Shown here: piece by piece, positions 36,124 to 46,305 of the stretch
Numbering within the stretch: the first letter of the stretch is position 1
Layout: every line of letters begins with the position of its first letter
From: Paludibacter sp.
Lineage (GTDB): Bacteria > Bacteroidota > Bacteroidia > Bacteroidales > Paludibacteraceae
DNA: 64,000 nt
Reading direction: 5' to 3'
Assembly (NCBI GenBank): GCA_024710005.1
Contig: JANJVQ010000018.1
Location: forward strand, 82,764-146,763
Position numbers and translations under genes: made by a program
The notes under the pieces: generated by a model
Database searches by the model: none
Told to the model about the DNA's origin: nothing
What the model saw: the letters and a program-made list of their open reading frames with translations, nothing else

Positions 36124-36328
36124 TCTGTTTATATTGTTCATTATAAGATCGTTCACACAATCAGGCTAAAGCCCATAACAGGCATTTTGCCAACGCATAG
36201 AACGAGTGATTTCCAGTACTGTAGTTTTACAACCCGACAAAGCAACCTTTCATCATATACAATAATATTGAAGTTGATGCAGGAAAGTTTAATCACCTGA
36301 TTTTTCTACCGGGTTATATAAGTTGAAT

Positions 36329-36336
36329 ACAAAGTT
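36329..36336 (-). promoter_or_regulatory. Bacteroidota -7 promoter box (TAACTTTG) for the paralogue-3/regulator unit
   Basis: Exact TAnnTTTG match on the minus strand, about 200 bp upstream of the start. Confidence 0.5.
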
Positions 36337-36594
36337 ATTATTTTTTTTCAAAATCAGGGGGTATTCCACAAAAACAGAAAAAATAATTATCTGATTATTT
36401 CCATCTCAACTTATTTTGCGCATGAAGCGACATGACATCTTAATAAGCTCAATGAACAAGAAGAATTGGATGAAATAATCATTTATGCGAATCAGTAGTA
36501 GAAAGGTTATTATCAGAAGTATTTGAAACATGAGCGAATGTATTCTTGCTTCGTAAACGAAGCAGAAAATGCACTTATAAAGTCCTGATTCGCA

Positions 36595-38250
36595 TTATTT
36601 ACTATCCTTCTCCCTAATCTCTGTCCTTCTTATTTTGCCACTGATGGTTTTGGGTAGTTCGTCCACAAACTCGATGATGCGGGGATATTTATAAGGTGCA
36701 GTAACGGTTTTTACATGCTCCTGAATTTCCTTTATCAAAGCCTCACCGGCTTTGTCTTTGTAATCTTTGGCTAAGATAATGGTGGCTTTCACAATTTGCC
36801 CGCGAATTTCGTCGGGAACTCCGGTAATGGCACATTCAACCACGGCCGGATGGGTCATCAGGGCGCTTTCGACTTCGAACGGACCAATGCGATAGCCTGA
36901 ACTTTTGATAACATCGTCGGTACGCCCCACGAACCAGAAAAATCCATCTTCATCGCGCCAGGCCACATCGCCGGTATGATAGATATTGTCGTACCAGGCT
37001 TCATTAGTAAGAGCTTCATTGCGGTAATAACCCTTGAACAGCCCAACCGGATATTGTTTGTCAGTGCGGATAACAATTTCGCCCTGCTCACCGGCTTCTG
37101 CGGTACGACCGTCCGAAGTCAGCAAATCAATGTCGTAATGGGGATTTGGAAGTCCCATAGAACCTGGTTTCGGGTTGGTCCATGGTGAAGTAAAAATGGT
37201 CAGCGTCGTTTCACTCTGTCCGTAACCTTCACATAACTTCACACCTGTCAGTTTGAGAAACTGCTCATATACAGCGGGATTCAATGCCTCTCCGGCAATG
37301 GCACAGTATTCCAGCGATGATAAATCATATTTGCTGACATCTTCACGGATGAGAAAACGGAAGATGGTAGGAGGTGCACACAACGAAGTGATGCGGTATT
37401 TTTCTATCATGGCCAACATGTCTACCGGCGTAAATTTATCATGGTCGTACACAAATACACAGGCGCCCACAATCCATTGTCCGTACAATTTTCCCCAAAC
37501 GGCTTTCAGCCAACCGGTATCGGCAATGGTGAGGTGCAGACTGTCCTCATGCAGGTTGTGCCAGTATTTGGCCGTAACAATATGCGCCAGTGGGTAAACA
37601 TAATCCAGCATCACCATTTTCGGATTTCCGGTAGTTCCCGAAGTAAAACTGATAATCAGTGGATCGGTATTCTCGTTGACTTTTTCAATCTTGGTGAAAG
37701 CAGGCGCTGTTTCAATACCCTTGTGAAAATCGAGCCATCCCTCCGGCACAACCGGTCCAACCGAGATCAACATTTCAATAGTAGGCGATTCTGCTCTGGA
37801 ATCATTGATATGTGATAGAATAGGCTCCTCTCCTACTGCTATTATGGCTTTGATATCGGCCGCGTTGTTGCGGTAAACCAAGTCTTTTTTAGTCAGCAAA
37901 TGGGTTGCAGGTATGATGATGGCGCCAATCTTATGCAGCGCGATGATCGTGAACCAGAATTCATAACGACGTTTCAGGATCGCCATCACGATGTCGCCCT
38001 TTTTGATTCCCAGACTTTGAAAGTAAGATGCTGTCTGATCGGAATAATATTTTAGTTCCGCGAAAGTAAATTCGCGACATTCTCCTTTATCATTCGTCCA
38101 CAACAAGGCTCTTTTATCGGGTTCCTTTTCAGCCCAGGCATCAACGACATCATATCCGAAATTAAAATTGTCGGGAACAACTAATTGATAGTTCAATTTG
38201 AAATCTTCGAAGTCTTTAAACTGGGTTTGTTGTAGGAATTGTTCGAGCAT
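36595..38250 (-). CDS. AMP-binding acyl/acetyl-CoA synthetase
   Basis: FTSGTTGNPK, EGYGQSET, YHTGD, GRTDDVIKSSGYRIGPFEVES, LPKTISGKI. Confidence 0.92.
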   Translation of the reverse strand: MLEQFLQQTQFKDFEDFKLNYQLVVPDNFNFGYDVVDAWAEKEPDKRALLWTNDKGECREFTFAELKYYSDQTASYFQSLGIKKGDIVMAILKRRYEFWFTIIALHKIGAIIIPATHLLTKKDLVYRNNAADIKAIIAVGEEPILSHINDSRAESPTIEMLISVGPVVPEGWLDFHKGIETAPAFTKIEKVNENTDPLIISFTSGTTGNPKMVMLDYVYPLAHIVTAKYWHNLHEDSLHLTIADTGWLKAVWGKLYGQWIVGACVFVYDHDKFTPVDMLAMIEKYRITSLCAPPTIFRFLIREDVSKYDLSSLEYCAIAGEALNPAVYEQFLKLTGVKLCEGYGQSETTLTIFTSPWTNPKPGSMGLPNPHYDIDLLTSDGRTAEAGEQGEIVIRTDKQYPVGLFKGYYRNEALTNEAWYDNIYHTGDVAWRDEDGFFWFVGRTDDVIKSSGYRIGPFEVESALMTHPAVVECAITGVPDEIRGQIVKATIILAKDYKDKAGEALIKEIQEHVKTVTAPYKYPRIIEFVDELPKTISGKIRRTEIREKDSK

Positions 38251-38368
38251 GGTGTAACGATATTTTGATTAATTCGGCTGCAAAGGAAATATCTTCATTC
38301 AGAAAACTGCACAAACAGGGGCAAAACGTGAAGATATGGGATAAAATGCTTCATAATGGGATAAAATT

Positions 38369-38917
38369 TCATCCGATTATTGCCAGGAATCTCACTTTTT
38401 TACCTCCGACAGCTTTCATTCCATGGGGTTTTGTGGCATCGAAATAAATGCTGTCACCTTCGTTCAACACCAGGTCATTCCCGGCAATATGCAGCTGCAA
38501 GGTACCTTCCAATACCTGATTAAATTCTTGTCCGGCGTGCGTGTTCAGCGTAATGGGTAAATCATTGGGCTCAACTGTGACCTCAAACGGAGCCATCTTT
38601 GCCTGACGAAATCCATGCGCCAGCGACAGATATTTGTAAGCCCTGGTTCGTTCAACGCTAACACCGGTTCCCTTTCGGGTAACAAAATAAGCCGACATGT
38701 GCGGCTCCTCCCCCGACATCAGCGTACTACATTCCACACCATAACATTGGGCAAACTGACAAATAAAACTCACCGGAATATCACTTGTACCTGACTCATA
38801 ACGGATTAATTCAGCTTCAGTTACCCCGCATTTTGCAGCCACATCTTCTACCGAAATATTCAACACTTCTCTTAATCCGTGTATTCTTTGGGCAATTTGT
38901 TTGATTTGAGTGTTCAT
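38369..38917 (-). CDS. XRE-family HTH + cupin transcriptional regulator
   Basis: N-terminal HTH (IHGLRE...YESGTSDIP), C-terminal cupin (HAGQEF...FDATKPHG); TACATTTG box at 38948-38955 (-). Confidence 0.9.
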   Translation of the reverse strand: MNTQIKQIAQRIHGLREVLNISVEDVAAKCGVTEAELIRYESGTSDIPVSFICQFAQCYGVECSTLMSGEEPHMSAYFVTRKGTGVSVERTRAYKYLSLAHGFRQAKMAPFEVTVEPNDLPITLNTHAGQEFNQVLEGTLQLHIAGNDLVLNEGDSIYFDATKPHGMKAVGGKKVRFLAIIG

Positions 38918-39034
38918 AACAGTATTAAATTTAATTTTTTATTATCGCAAATGTAAGCAATTCTGTTGATATACATAGTTTTCAGGTTCAGCTTTTTTGC
39001 CTATCTTTGCAGCCCAAATCAAATCATAGTTATA

Positions 39035-40135
39035 ATGGCGTTACAATGTGGTATTGTCGGACTACCCAACGTGGGTAAATCGACCCTTTTCAACTGTTTA
39101 TCGAATGCAAAAGCCCAGGCGGCGAACTTTCCTTTCTGTACCATCGAGCCCAACGTGGGTGTCATCACAGTACCTGATGAAAGATTGAATAAATTAGCCG
39201 GACTGGTGAACCCGCAACGCATTGTCCCCACTACTGTCGAGATAGTTGACATTGCCGGATTAGTGAAAGGCGCCAGTAAAGGGGAAGGTCTCGGGAATAA
39301 ATTTTTAGCCAACATCAGGGAAACTGATGCCATCATCCACGTGTTACGTTGCTTCGAAAATGATAATATCGTGCATGTCGATGGCAGCATCAATCCGGTG
39401 AGAGACAAGGAAATCATCGACACGGAATTGCAACTGAAAGACCTTGAAACGGTTGAAAGCCGCATCAATAAAGTCCAGAAACAAGCGCAAACAGGTGGTG
39501 ATAAAACGGCTAAAATCGTGTACGACATCCTGTTGAAATACCGCGAGGCTTTGTTGCAGGGCAAATCAGCCCGTACGGTTATCCTCGACAAGGCAGAAAG
39601 ACCCTATGTCAAGGATCTGTTCCTGCTTACCGACAAACCGGTGATGTATATCTGCAATGTAGATGAAGCATCGGCAGTAAATGGTAATACCTATGTAAAT
39701 GCCGTCAGAGAGGCTGTTAAAGATGAAAATGCAGAAATACTTATTGTAGCGGCAGCTACTGAAGCCGACATTGCCGAACTGGAAACTTACGAAGAACGTC
39801 AGATGTTCCTCGAGGAAGTCGGTTTAACTGAATCTGGTGTTGCCCGATTAATTAAATCAGCCTACAAATTGCTGAACCTGCAAACCTATTTCACAGCGGG
39901 TGTTCAGGAAGTGAGGGCATGGACATTCCATGAAGGCTGGAAAGCACCCCAATGTGCCGGAGTTATTCATACCGATTTCGAAAAAGGGTTTATACGCGCC
40001 GAAGTCATTAAATACGATGATTTTATAGCCCTGGGATCTGAAGCTGCCTGCAAAGAAGCGGGAAAAATGAACGTTGAAGGCAAGGATTATGTGGTTCAGG
40101 ACGGCGACATCATGCACTTCAGATTTAATGTGTAA
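39035..40135 (+). CDS. ychF: Redox-regulated ATPase YchF
   Basis: [40 protein letters not shown]; start moved to MALQCG; TATCTTTG box at 39002-39009. Confidence 0.98.
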   Translation: MALQCGIVGLPNVGKSTLFNCLSNAKAQAANFPFCTIEPNVGVITVPDERLNKLAGLVNPQRIVPTTVEIVDIAGLVKGASKGEGLGNKFLANIRETDAIIHVLRCFENDNIVHVDGSINPVRDKEIIDTELQLKDLETVESRINKVQKQAQTGGDKTAKIVYDILLKYREALLQGKSARTVILDKAERPYVKDLFLLTDKPVMYICNVDEASAVNGNTYVNAVREAVKDENAEILIVAAATEADIAELETYEERQMFLEEVGLTESGVARLIKSAYKLLNLQTYFTAGVQEVRAWTFHEGWKAPQCAGVIHTDFEKGFIRAEVIKYDDFIALGSEAACKEAGKMNVEGKDYVVQDGDIMHFRFNV

Positions 40136-40169
40136 AGTAATTCCAGAAGCTAAATAACTTCGCAAAACG

Positions 40170-40211
40170 ACAAGGCACCGATCTTTTTACAGATTCAGTG
40201 CCTTGTTTTTT
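40170..40211 (+). terminator. Intrinsic terminator of ychF (possibly bidirectional)
   Basis: ACAAGGCAC...GTGCCTTGT stem followed by a T-run. Confidence 0.75.
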
Positions 40212-40454
40212 ACTTCTCAGGAAAGCAAATTTTGCAAACTCACAAATCATTTCATCGGTTAAGTGATTTCATTTAAGTCAGTAAAGTTCAATAAAATGTT
40301 GTATAATTCGGTACAAAGATACAGAAATAACATCTTATATGCAAATGCAATAACTTTTGTTTATTGAAATCACAAAAAAACTACACTAATACGCCATATT
40401 AATCATAATATACGTACTATATTAATTGAACCCCAAAACGCAATTTCAGTTCAA

Positions 40455-41165
40455 CTACTTAAGTTCTATACAACGATCGATGATTTCCTGATCAACCCCT
40501 GCATCTCTTAACTTCTGCGCGATTTGATGTTTCTCCTGCTGGTGTTTTAATTCCGAGAAAAACAAAGAAATAAGCTGATCAAGCGCTGCATCAAGCCTTT
40601 TCTTCCCTGATCTTGAAGAAAAATCAACATCACAGAATTTTGAAATGTTTTGATGCATAATCAGATAATACACCCCCGAGATACACAAAGCAGTTAGGAC
40701 ATTGATGTCGAGTCCTGACCCTTCAAAACGTTGCTCCAACAATTGGATCAAAGATTTGTTAAGTGTTTCTCGCTGAATAGCTGTTCTGCGTGTTACCGGA
40801 TTTTCATCAGACAATTCCCAAATCAGCAATCGCTGCATGATTTTGTTACCATAGAGTTCCTTTGCCAGATTTTGAATAATCCATTTAAACGCATCTTCGT
40901 CGCTCAGATCTTTCGGCATCTTCAAGGCAACACTCCCAAACCAGTAATCGTACTTTCTGGTATAATCATCAAATAATGCATCGAGGTTATTGTATCTGCG
41001 ATAGAACACAGATGCCTCAATTTTTGCCCGTTGAGCAATTTCTTTCAGGGTAACCCTCCCGAAACCAAAATCTTCGATTACAGAGGTTACCGCATCAAGC
41101 ACATCTTTCTCAACATTTTTCTTGGTACGACGGGGCCTTCTTGTTTTTTTTACTTCTTCAGTCAT
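40455..41165 (-). CDS. TetR/AcrR family transcriptional regulator
   Basis: FGRVTLKEIAQRAKIEASVFYRRY HTH; TATCTTTG box at 41212-41219 (-). Confidence 0.88.
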   Translation of the reverse strand: MTEEVKKTRRPRRTKKNVEKDVLDAVTSVIEDFGFGRVTLKEIAQRAKIEASVFYRRYNNLDALFDDYTRKYDYWFGSVALKMPKDLSDEDAFKWIIQNLAKELYGNKIMQRLLIWELSDENPVTRRTAIQRETLNKSLIQLLEQRFEGSGLDINVLTALCISGVYYLIMHQNISKFCDVDFSSRSGKKRLDAALDQLISLFFSELKHQQEKHQIAQKLRDAGVDQEIIDRCIELK

Positions 41166-41421
41166 CTTCTAATTCTCCTAAATTTCAACGAATTAATCAT
41201 TCATTTCGATGCAAAGATATAAAGTTTATTGAAACAATTCAACTCTATTAAAAAAATAATTTGTGCTCGTTATTTTCGAGAGACAATCATAACAACCGGC
41301 AAACCAGCTTCGCAATTGAATATCATAACTGAATATATCTTCCTGTGAATTCAAAAAACTCAAAATTAATTTTGGTGATTCGCGCAAAAACATTACCTTT
41401 GCACACGCAAAAAGCAAAAAT

Positions 41422-41495
41422 GGCTCCGTAGCTCAACTGTATAGAGCATCTGACTACGGATCAGAAGGTTAAAGGTTAGAATCCTTTCGGAGTCA
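41422..41495 (+). tRNA. tRNA-Arg(ACG)
   Basis: GGCTCCG/CGGAGTC acceptor, TCTGA-CTACGGA-TCAGA anticodon arm, AAAGG-TTAGAAT-CCTTT T arm; TACCTTTG box at 41394-41401. Confidence 0.93.
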
Positions 41496-41505
41496 CAAAT
41501 GCAAC

Positions 41506-41543
41506 AAATGCCCTGTAAATAAAATATTTGCAGGGCATTTTTC
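41506..41543 (+). terminator. Terminator downstream of tRNA-Arg
   Basis: AAATGCCCTGTAAAT/ATTTGCAGGGCATTT inverted repeat ending in a T-run. Confidence 0.75.
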
Positions 41544-41576
41544 ATTTTCCGGAGTATCGTGATTTTAGCGTAAAAC

Positions 41577-41614
41577 AAAAAAGCGCCGCAATAATTAAAT
41601 TGCAGCGCTTTTTT
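41577..41614 (-). terminator. Terminator downstream of tRNA-Phe (bidirectional shape)
   Basis: AAAAAAGCGCCGCAAT...ATTGCAGCGCTTTTTT. Confidence 0.75.
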
Positions 41615-41619
41615 CAACG

Positions 41620-41692
41620 TGGTGCCACCAGGAATCGAACCGGGGACACAAGGATTTTCAGTCCTTTGCTCTACCAACTGAGCTATGGCACC
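41620..41692 (-). tRNA. tRNA-Phe(GAA)
   Basis: GGTGCCATAGCTCAGTTGGTAGAGCAAAGGACTGAAAATCCTTGTGTCCCCGGTTCGATTCCTGGTGGCACCA; TATATTTG box at 41708-41715 (-). Confidence 0.97.
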
Positions 41693-41787
41693 TTGCTTTA
41701 GCGGGTGCAAATATACGGCGAAATTTCAAATTGGCAAATTCTTTTCGAAAAAAAATTGTATTTTTGCAACAAACCACAAATAAATAC

Positions 41788-43284
41788 ATGACAATAAATT
41801 TCGACCTATTTTTACTTGTCGCATCTATACTCTTGTTCCTCAGCCTTATTGCCGGGAAAACGGGCTATCGTTTTGGTGTACCTACTTTATTATTGTTTCT
41901 TTTTATCGGCATCATTGCAGGAAGCGGAGGACTGGGACTCCAGTTCAGCTCCCCTGATATAGCCCAGTATATCGGTGTGGTTGCCCTTAACATCATCCTT
42001 TTCTCGGGTGGGTTGGATACGCGCATATCCGAACTTAAACCAATTGCTGTGCAAGGCGTACTGATGGCTACTGTCGGCGTACTGATTACGGCGCTCGCCA
42101 CCGGTTTTTTTATCTACTGGATTACGAACAATGTATTGCAAAGCGTCACTTTCAGTTTATTCGAGTCGCTATTACTCGCCGGAATCATGTCGTCAACCGA
42201 TTCTGCATCGGTGTTTTCAATCCTAAGATCAAAGAATTTATCGCTAAAACAAAACCTGAGACCTTTATTGGAGCTCGAAAGCGGTAGTAACGATCCCATG
42301 GCCTTCATGATTACCATCGTGATGTTACAACTACTTACCCTGCCCGAAATCAGCGGGTGGATTGTTTTACTGAAATTCATGCAGCAGTTAGTCTTTGGGG
42401 CTGCTCTGGGTTATTTCCTCGGCAAGTTTGCTGTCCGCCTCATCAATAAAATTAATCTTGACAACGATGCGTTGTACTCTGTCCTGATGCTAACCATCAT
42501 GTTCTTCCTGTTCGGATTTACCAGTTTCGTTGGGGGCAACGGATATTTGGCAGTTTACGTGGGAGGATTGATGATTGGCAATCATCGCGTGGTACACCGC
42601 AGAAGCACCATGAAATTTTTCGACGGACTAACCTGGCTGTTTCAAATCATCATGTTCCTCACGTTGGGATTATTAGTCGAACCCCGGGAGTTATTACCGG
42701 TTGCGGGAGTGGCTGTTCTTATTGGATTGTTTCTGATGATTGTCGCAAGGCCTCTCGCGGTATTCACCACTTTTCTTCCATTCAAAAATCTTACTTTCAA
42801 GGCAAAATTATTCACATCCTGGGTAGGACTCAGGGGGGCGGTTCCAATCATCTTTGCAACTTACCCGTGGATTAACGATGTACCACAGGCTAAAATGATT
42901 TTCAATATCGTTTTCTTCATCACAATAATTTCTTTGATGCTCCAGGGAACCACCGTTTCCACCATGGCGAACTGGCTTGGACTGACACAAATTGCGGCTC
43001 AGAAAAGGAAACTGAAGGAATTTGATGTGGAATTTTCTGATGAAATTAAATCAGCTACCTGCGAAATTAAAGTGGATAAGAACATTCTAAAACAAGGAAA
43101 TCAACTGATGAACATCAATTTGCCCGAGCATACACTTGTGGTAATGGTCAAAAGGAATCAACGTTATTTTATACCTCGCGGGAACACCATGCTGGAAGAA
43201 GGAGACTCGCTTCTGGTAATAACCGACGACGAAGAAGCCATGCGGGAAACGTACCGCCAGTTGGGCATACCTCCCCTGGAATAG
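41788..43284 (+). CDS. cvrA: Potassium/proton antiporter (CPA1, CvrA/NhaP2-like) with C-terminal RCK_C domain
   Basis: STDSASVF, LELESGSNDPMA, GNGYLAVY, WVGLRGAVPII; start moved to MTINFD; TATTTTTG box at 41759-41766. Confidence 0.9.
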   Translation: MTINFDLFLLVASILLFLSLIAGKTGYRFGVPTLLLFLFIGIIAGSGGLGLQFSSPDIAQYIGVVALNIILFSGGLDTRISELKPIAVQGVLMATVGVLITALATGFFIYWITNNVLQSVTFSLFESLLLAGIMSSTDSASVFSILRSKNLSLKQNLRPLLELESGSNDPMAFMITIVMLQLLTLPEISGWIVLLKFMQQLVFGAALGYFLGKFAVRLINKINLDNDALYSVLMLTIMFFLFGFTSFVGGNGYLAVYVGGLMIGNHRVVHRRSTMKFFDGLTWLFQIIMFLTLGLLVEPRELLPVAGVAVLIGLFLMIVARPLAVFTTFLPFKNLTFKAKLFTSWVGLRGAVPIIFATYPWINDVPQAKMIFNIVFFITIISLMLQGTTVSTMANWLGLTQIAAQKRKLKEFDVEFSDEIKSATCEIKVDKNILKQGNQLMNINLPEHTLVVMVKRNQRYFIPRGNTMLEEGDSLLVITDDEEAMRETYRQLGIPPLE

Positions 43285-43285
43285 C

Positions 43286-43864
43286 CTATTTCAGCTGCTT
43301 ACCAATGACATCTTCAATTATTTTAGGAAAATGGAGATATTCCAGTGCATGCACTTTCTCTGCAACCGTATCGGGGGTATCATCATTCGCTACTTCACAT
43401 GTAGCCTGAAAAATAACATTTCCTTCGTCGTATTGCTCATTCACATAATGAATCGTAATGCCCGACTGCGTTTCTCCGGCATCCACGACGGCCTGATGCA
43501 CATGATGTCCGTACATGCCCTTTCCTCCGAATTTGGGTAAAAGCGCCGGGTGGATATTGATAATTCGATCCGGATATGCTTCCAGTATCGGCATGGATAT
43601 CTTCAGCAAAAACCCGGCAAGCACGACAAAATCAACCTCGTATTTCTTTAGCAATGAGACTATTTCACATCCATCCGCAAACTCATCTCTTGAAAAGGTA
43701 ACCGACGGAATTCCCAGCTTTTTTGCCCTTTCATGCACAAAGGCATCCTGTTTATTGGATAAAATCAGGGGAAATTCAGCCGTTCTTTTTTCGGCAAAAT
43801 ACCGGACGATATTTTCTACATTAGATCCGGAACCGGATGCAAAAAGAGCAATTTTAGGGGTCAT
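43286..43864 (-). CDS. purN: Phosphoribosylglycinamide formyltransferase
   Basis: FASGSGSN, VLAGFL, INIHPALLPKFGG, SGITIHYV; start moved to MTPKIAL. Confidence 0.96.
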   Translation of the reverse strand: MTPKIALFASGSGSNVENIVRYFAEKRTAEFPLILSNKQDAFVHERAKKLGIPSVTFSRDEFADGCEIVSLLKKYEVDFVVLAGFLLKISMPILEAYPDRIINIHPALLPKFGGKGMYGHHVHQAVVDAGETQSGITIHYVNEQYDEGNVIFQATCEVANDDTPDTVAEKVHALEYLHFPKIIEDVIGKQLK

Positions 43865-44012
43865 AGAGGGATAAATTTTGCGCAATGTTATGAAAAATGT
43901 GCAAAAAACAGTAATTTTTTCAACAAAGTAGAGGTTATGTCGAGAAAATTATTTTACTTTGCAGCGCAAAATTAAAAAACAAATTTTATTTATCAACTTA
44001 AAAAACAAAATT

Positions 44013-44243
44013 ATGTCAGAAGTTGCAGCTAAAGTAAAAGCGATCATCGTGGAGAAATTAGGTGTTGACGAGTCAGAAGTGGTTCCAACAGCAAGTTTTA
44101 CTAACGATCTGGGAGCAGATTCATTAGACACTGTAGAATTGATCATGGAATTCGAAAAAGAATTCGGAATCACCATTCCTGAAGATCAGGCAGAAAAAAT
44201 CTCTACAGTTGGTGATGCTATCGCATACATCGAAGCATTATAA
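44013..44243 (+). CDS. acpP: Acyl carrier protein
   Basis: [20 protein letters not shown]; start at MSEVAAKV. Confidence 0.98.
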   Translation: MSEVAAKVKAIIVEKLGVDESEVVPTASFTNDLGADSLDTVELIMEFEKEFGITIPEDQAEKISTVGDAIAYIEAL

Positions 44244-44264
44244 TAATTATTCCTTAAGAACATT

Positions 44265-45527
44265 ATGGAATTAAAAAGAGTTGTAGTAACCGGTCTTGGT
44301 GCCGTTACTCCTCTTGGTAATACTATTCCGGAATTCTGGAATAGTATTATCAATGGAAAGAGCGGTGCTTCACTGATTACCCGCTTTGATACTACTAATT
44401 TTAAGACTAAGTTTGCCTGTCAGGTAAAAGATTTCGATCCGAATCAACATTTCGACCGGAAAGAAGCCAGAAAAATGGACATTTATGCGCAACTCGCGAT
44501 GGTATCTGCCAAAGAAGCAATTGAGCATAGTGGATTAGATCTGGAAACGGTTGATAAAGATGAAGTAGGAGTTATCTTCTCTGCAGGAATTGGTGGTATA
44601 ACTACTTTTGAGCAGGAAATTGGGTACTATTATCAGAACCTTGAAAACGGTCCGAAATTCAATCCCTTCTTTATCCCGAAAATGATCGCGGATATTGCAG
44701 CCGGACAAATTTCAATCACTTATGGATTCAGAGGTCCCAACTATTCTATTGCTTCTGCCTGTGCTTCTTCTACCAATGCATTAATTGATGCTTTCAATTA
44801 TATCCGGTTAGGAAAAGCGAATGTAATCATTACCGGAGGTGCTGAATCGGCATTAACTCCCGGTGGTGTGGGTGGTTTTAACGCGTTGACAGCGTTATCG
44901 ACAAGAAACGATAGCCCTGAAACTGCATCCCGCCCATTCAGTGGTAGTCGTGATGGTTTTGTAATGGGTGAAGGTGCCGGATGTCTGGTTTTTGAGGAAC
45001 TGGAACATGCACTTGCCCGTGGCGCAAACATCATTTGCGAAGTTGTTGGCGGCGGCCTTTCTGCTGATGCTTATCACCTGACAGCAACACATCCAGACGG
45101 ATTAGGCGCCATGCTGGTGATGAAGAGGGCTTTGAAAGATGCCGGCTTAAAACCTGAAGACATTGACTATATCAATGTGCACGGAACTGCGACACCCGTT
45201 GGAGACCCATCGGAAGCCAAAGCTATCAAAGAAGTTTTCGGAGATCATGCCTACCAACTGAATATCAGTTCTACAAAATCAATGACCGGTCATTTACTGG
45301 GAGCTGCAGGTGCTGTTGAAGCCATCGTAGCTGTACTGTCTGTTGTAAATGATATTGTTCCTCCGACTATCAATCACGAGGAAGGCGACAATGACCCGGA
45401 AATCGATTATAACCTTAATTTTACGTTTAACAAAGCTCAAAAGCGCACGGTAAATGCCGCCCTCTCAAATACCTTCGGGTTTGGCGGTCACAACGCGAGC
45501 TTAATTGTAAAAAAGTTCAAAAGATAA
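44265..45527 (+). CDS. fabF: 3-oxoacyl-ACP synthase II
   Basis: RVVVTGLG, ASACAS, INVHGTATP, STKSMTGHLLGAAG, SNTFGFGGHN. Confidence 0.98.
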   Translation: MELKRVVVTGLGAVTPLGNTIPEFWNSIINGKSGASLITRFDTTNFKTKFACQVKDFDPNQHFDRKEARKMDIYAQLAMVSAKEAIEHSGLDLETVDKDEVGVIFSAGIGGITTFEQEIGYYYQNLENGPKFNPFFIPKMIADIAAGQISITYGFRGPNYSIASACASSTNALIDAFNYIRLGKANVIITGGAESALTPGGVGGFNALTALSTRNDSPETASRPFSGSRDGFVMGEGAGCLVFEELEHALARGANIICEVVGGGLSADAYHLTATHPDGLGAMLVMKRALKDAGLKPEDIDYINVHGTATPVGDPSEAKAIKEVFGDHAYQLNISSTKSMTGHLLGAAGAVEAIVAVLSVVNDIVPPTINHEEGDNDPEIDYNLNFTFNKAQKRTVNAALSNTFGFGGHNASLIVKKFKR

Positions 45528-45528
45528 G

Positions 45529-46305
45529 GTGTTTAAATATTTAGCAAGAAAAATAAGGCTCTTATCGAATGCTCGAAAAGAGCCTTATTTGCAATTCTTT
45601 CATATCCTGGGATTCTATCCGGATAAAATCGATTACTACCAGTTAGCTCTTCGACACCGCTCGATGACACGTTCATCGGCCAGCGGACATTTTCTGAGCA
45701 ATGAAAGGCTCGAGTTTTTAGGAGATGCAGTGCTTAATTCGGTGGTTACCGATATTTTGTTTACCCGTTACGACCGCCAACGGGAAGGTTTCCTTACCAA
45801 CACCCGGTCGAAATTAGTAAAACGCGATTTTTTAAACCAACTGGCTCTGGAAATGGGCCTTGATAAATTGGTTGTAAAATCACGTCACATTGGTAACAAT
45901 GCCAACAGCAACATCTATGGAAATGCTTTTGAAGCCCTAATTGGTGCTATATACCTCGATCAGGGATACAAACAATGTAAAAGATTTGTGGAGACAAGGC
46001 TCTTCAAAACCTTTATTGATCTCGATAAGGTGGTTATTGATGAAAAAAACTACAAGTCCAAGATTATTGAGTATTGTCAGAAATATCATCTGAAGTATGA
46101 ATTTGTATTGCTGGAAGAGGAAGTATTTTCAGCCAACTCACACCTTTTCCGTACTGGACTGGTGATCAACGGTAAAAACATCTGTGAGGCCAGCGGTACC
46201 AGCAAAAAAGAATCACAACAAAATGCCTCTTACAAAGCATTCTGCCAGATACAGGAAAATCCTGATTTCTTAAAGGAAACAGAAGCGCTTACTGTCGTGG
46301 AATAA
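45529..46305 (+). CDS. rnc: Ribonuclease III
   Basis: NERLEFLGDAVL, GNAFEALIGAIYLD, C-terminal dsRBD; GTG start immediately after fabF. Confidence 0.96.
   Translation: MFKYLARKIRLLSNARKEPYLQFFHILGFYPDKIDYYQLALRHRSMTRSSASGHFLSNERLEFLGDAVLNSVVTDILFTRYDRQREGFLTNTRSKLVKRDFLNQLALEMGLDKLVVKSRHIGNNANSNIYGNAFEALIGAIYLDQGYKQCKRFVETRLFKTFIDLDKVVIDEKNYKSKIIEYCQKYHLKYEFVLLEEEVFSANSHLFRTGLVINGKNICEASGTSKKESQQNASYKAFCQIQENPDFLKETEALTVVE

Noticed and set aside
36312-36334. Possible third copy of the GGTTA(CAAA) operator
   Set aside because: Spacing is 13 not 12, the units are degenerate, and the CAAAGTTA part is explained as a normal -7 box.
36420-36567. Possible decayed CDS fragment and a weak hairpin (36543-36567) downstream of the acyl-CoA synthetase
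   Set aside because: The frame has several stops and no identifiable homology; the hairpin lacks a U-tract on the relevant strand.
40455-41692. tetR beside two convergent tRNAs as a possible genomic-island attachment site
   Set aside because: No integrase, no duplicated tRNA 3' end, and the flanking genes are housekeeping.
41393-41710. 105-aa minus-strand ORF
   Set aside because: It overlaps tRNA-Phe, tRNA-Arg and their terminators; spurious translation of tRNA sequence.
46289-46305. 17-bp convergent overlap of rnc and the DUF4831-like gene; near-abutting cvrA/purN ends
   Set aside because: Short convergent overlaps are common in compact genomes; nothing else suggests antisense regulation.
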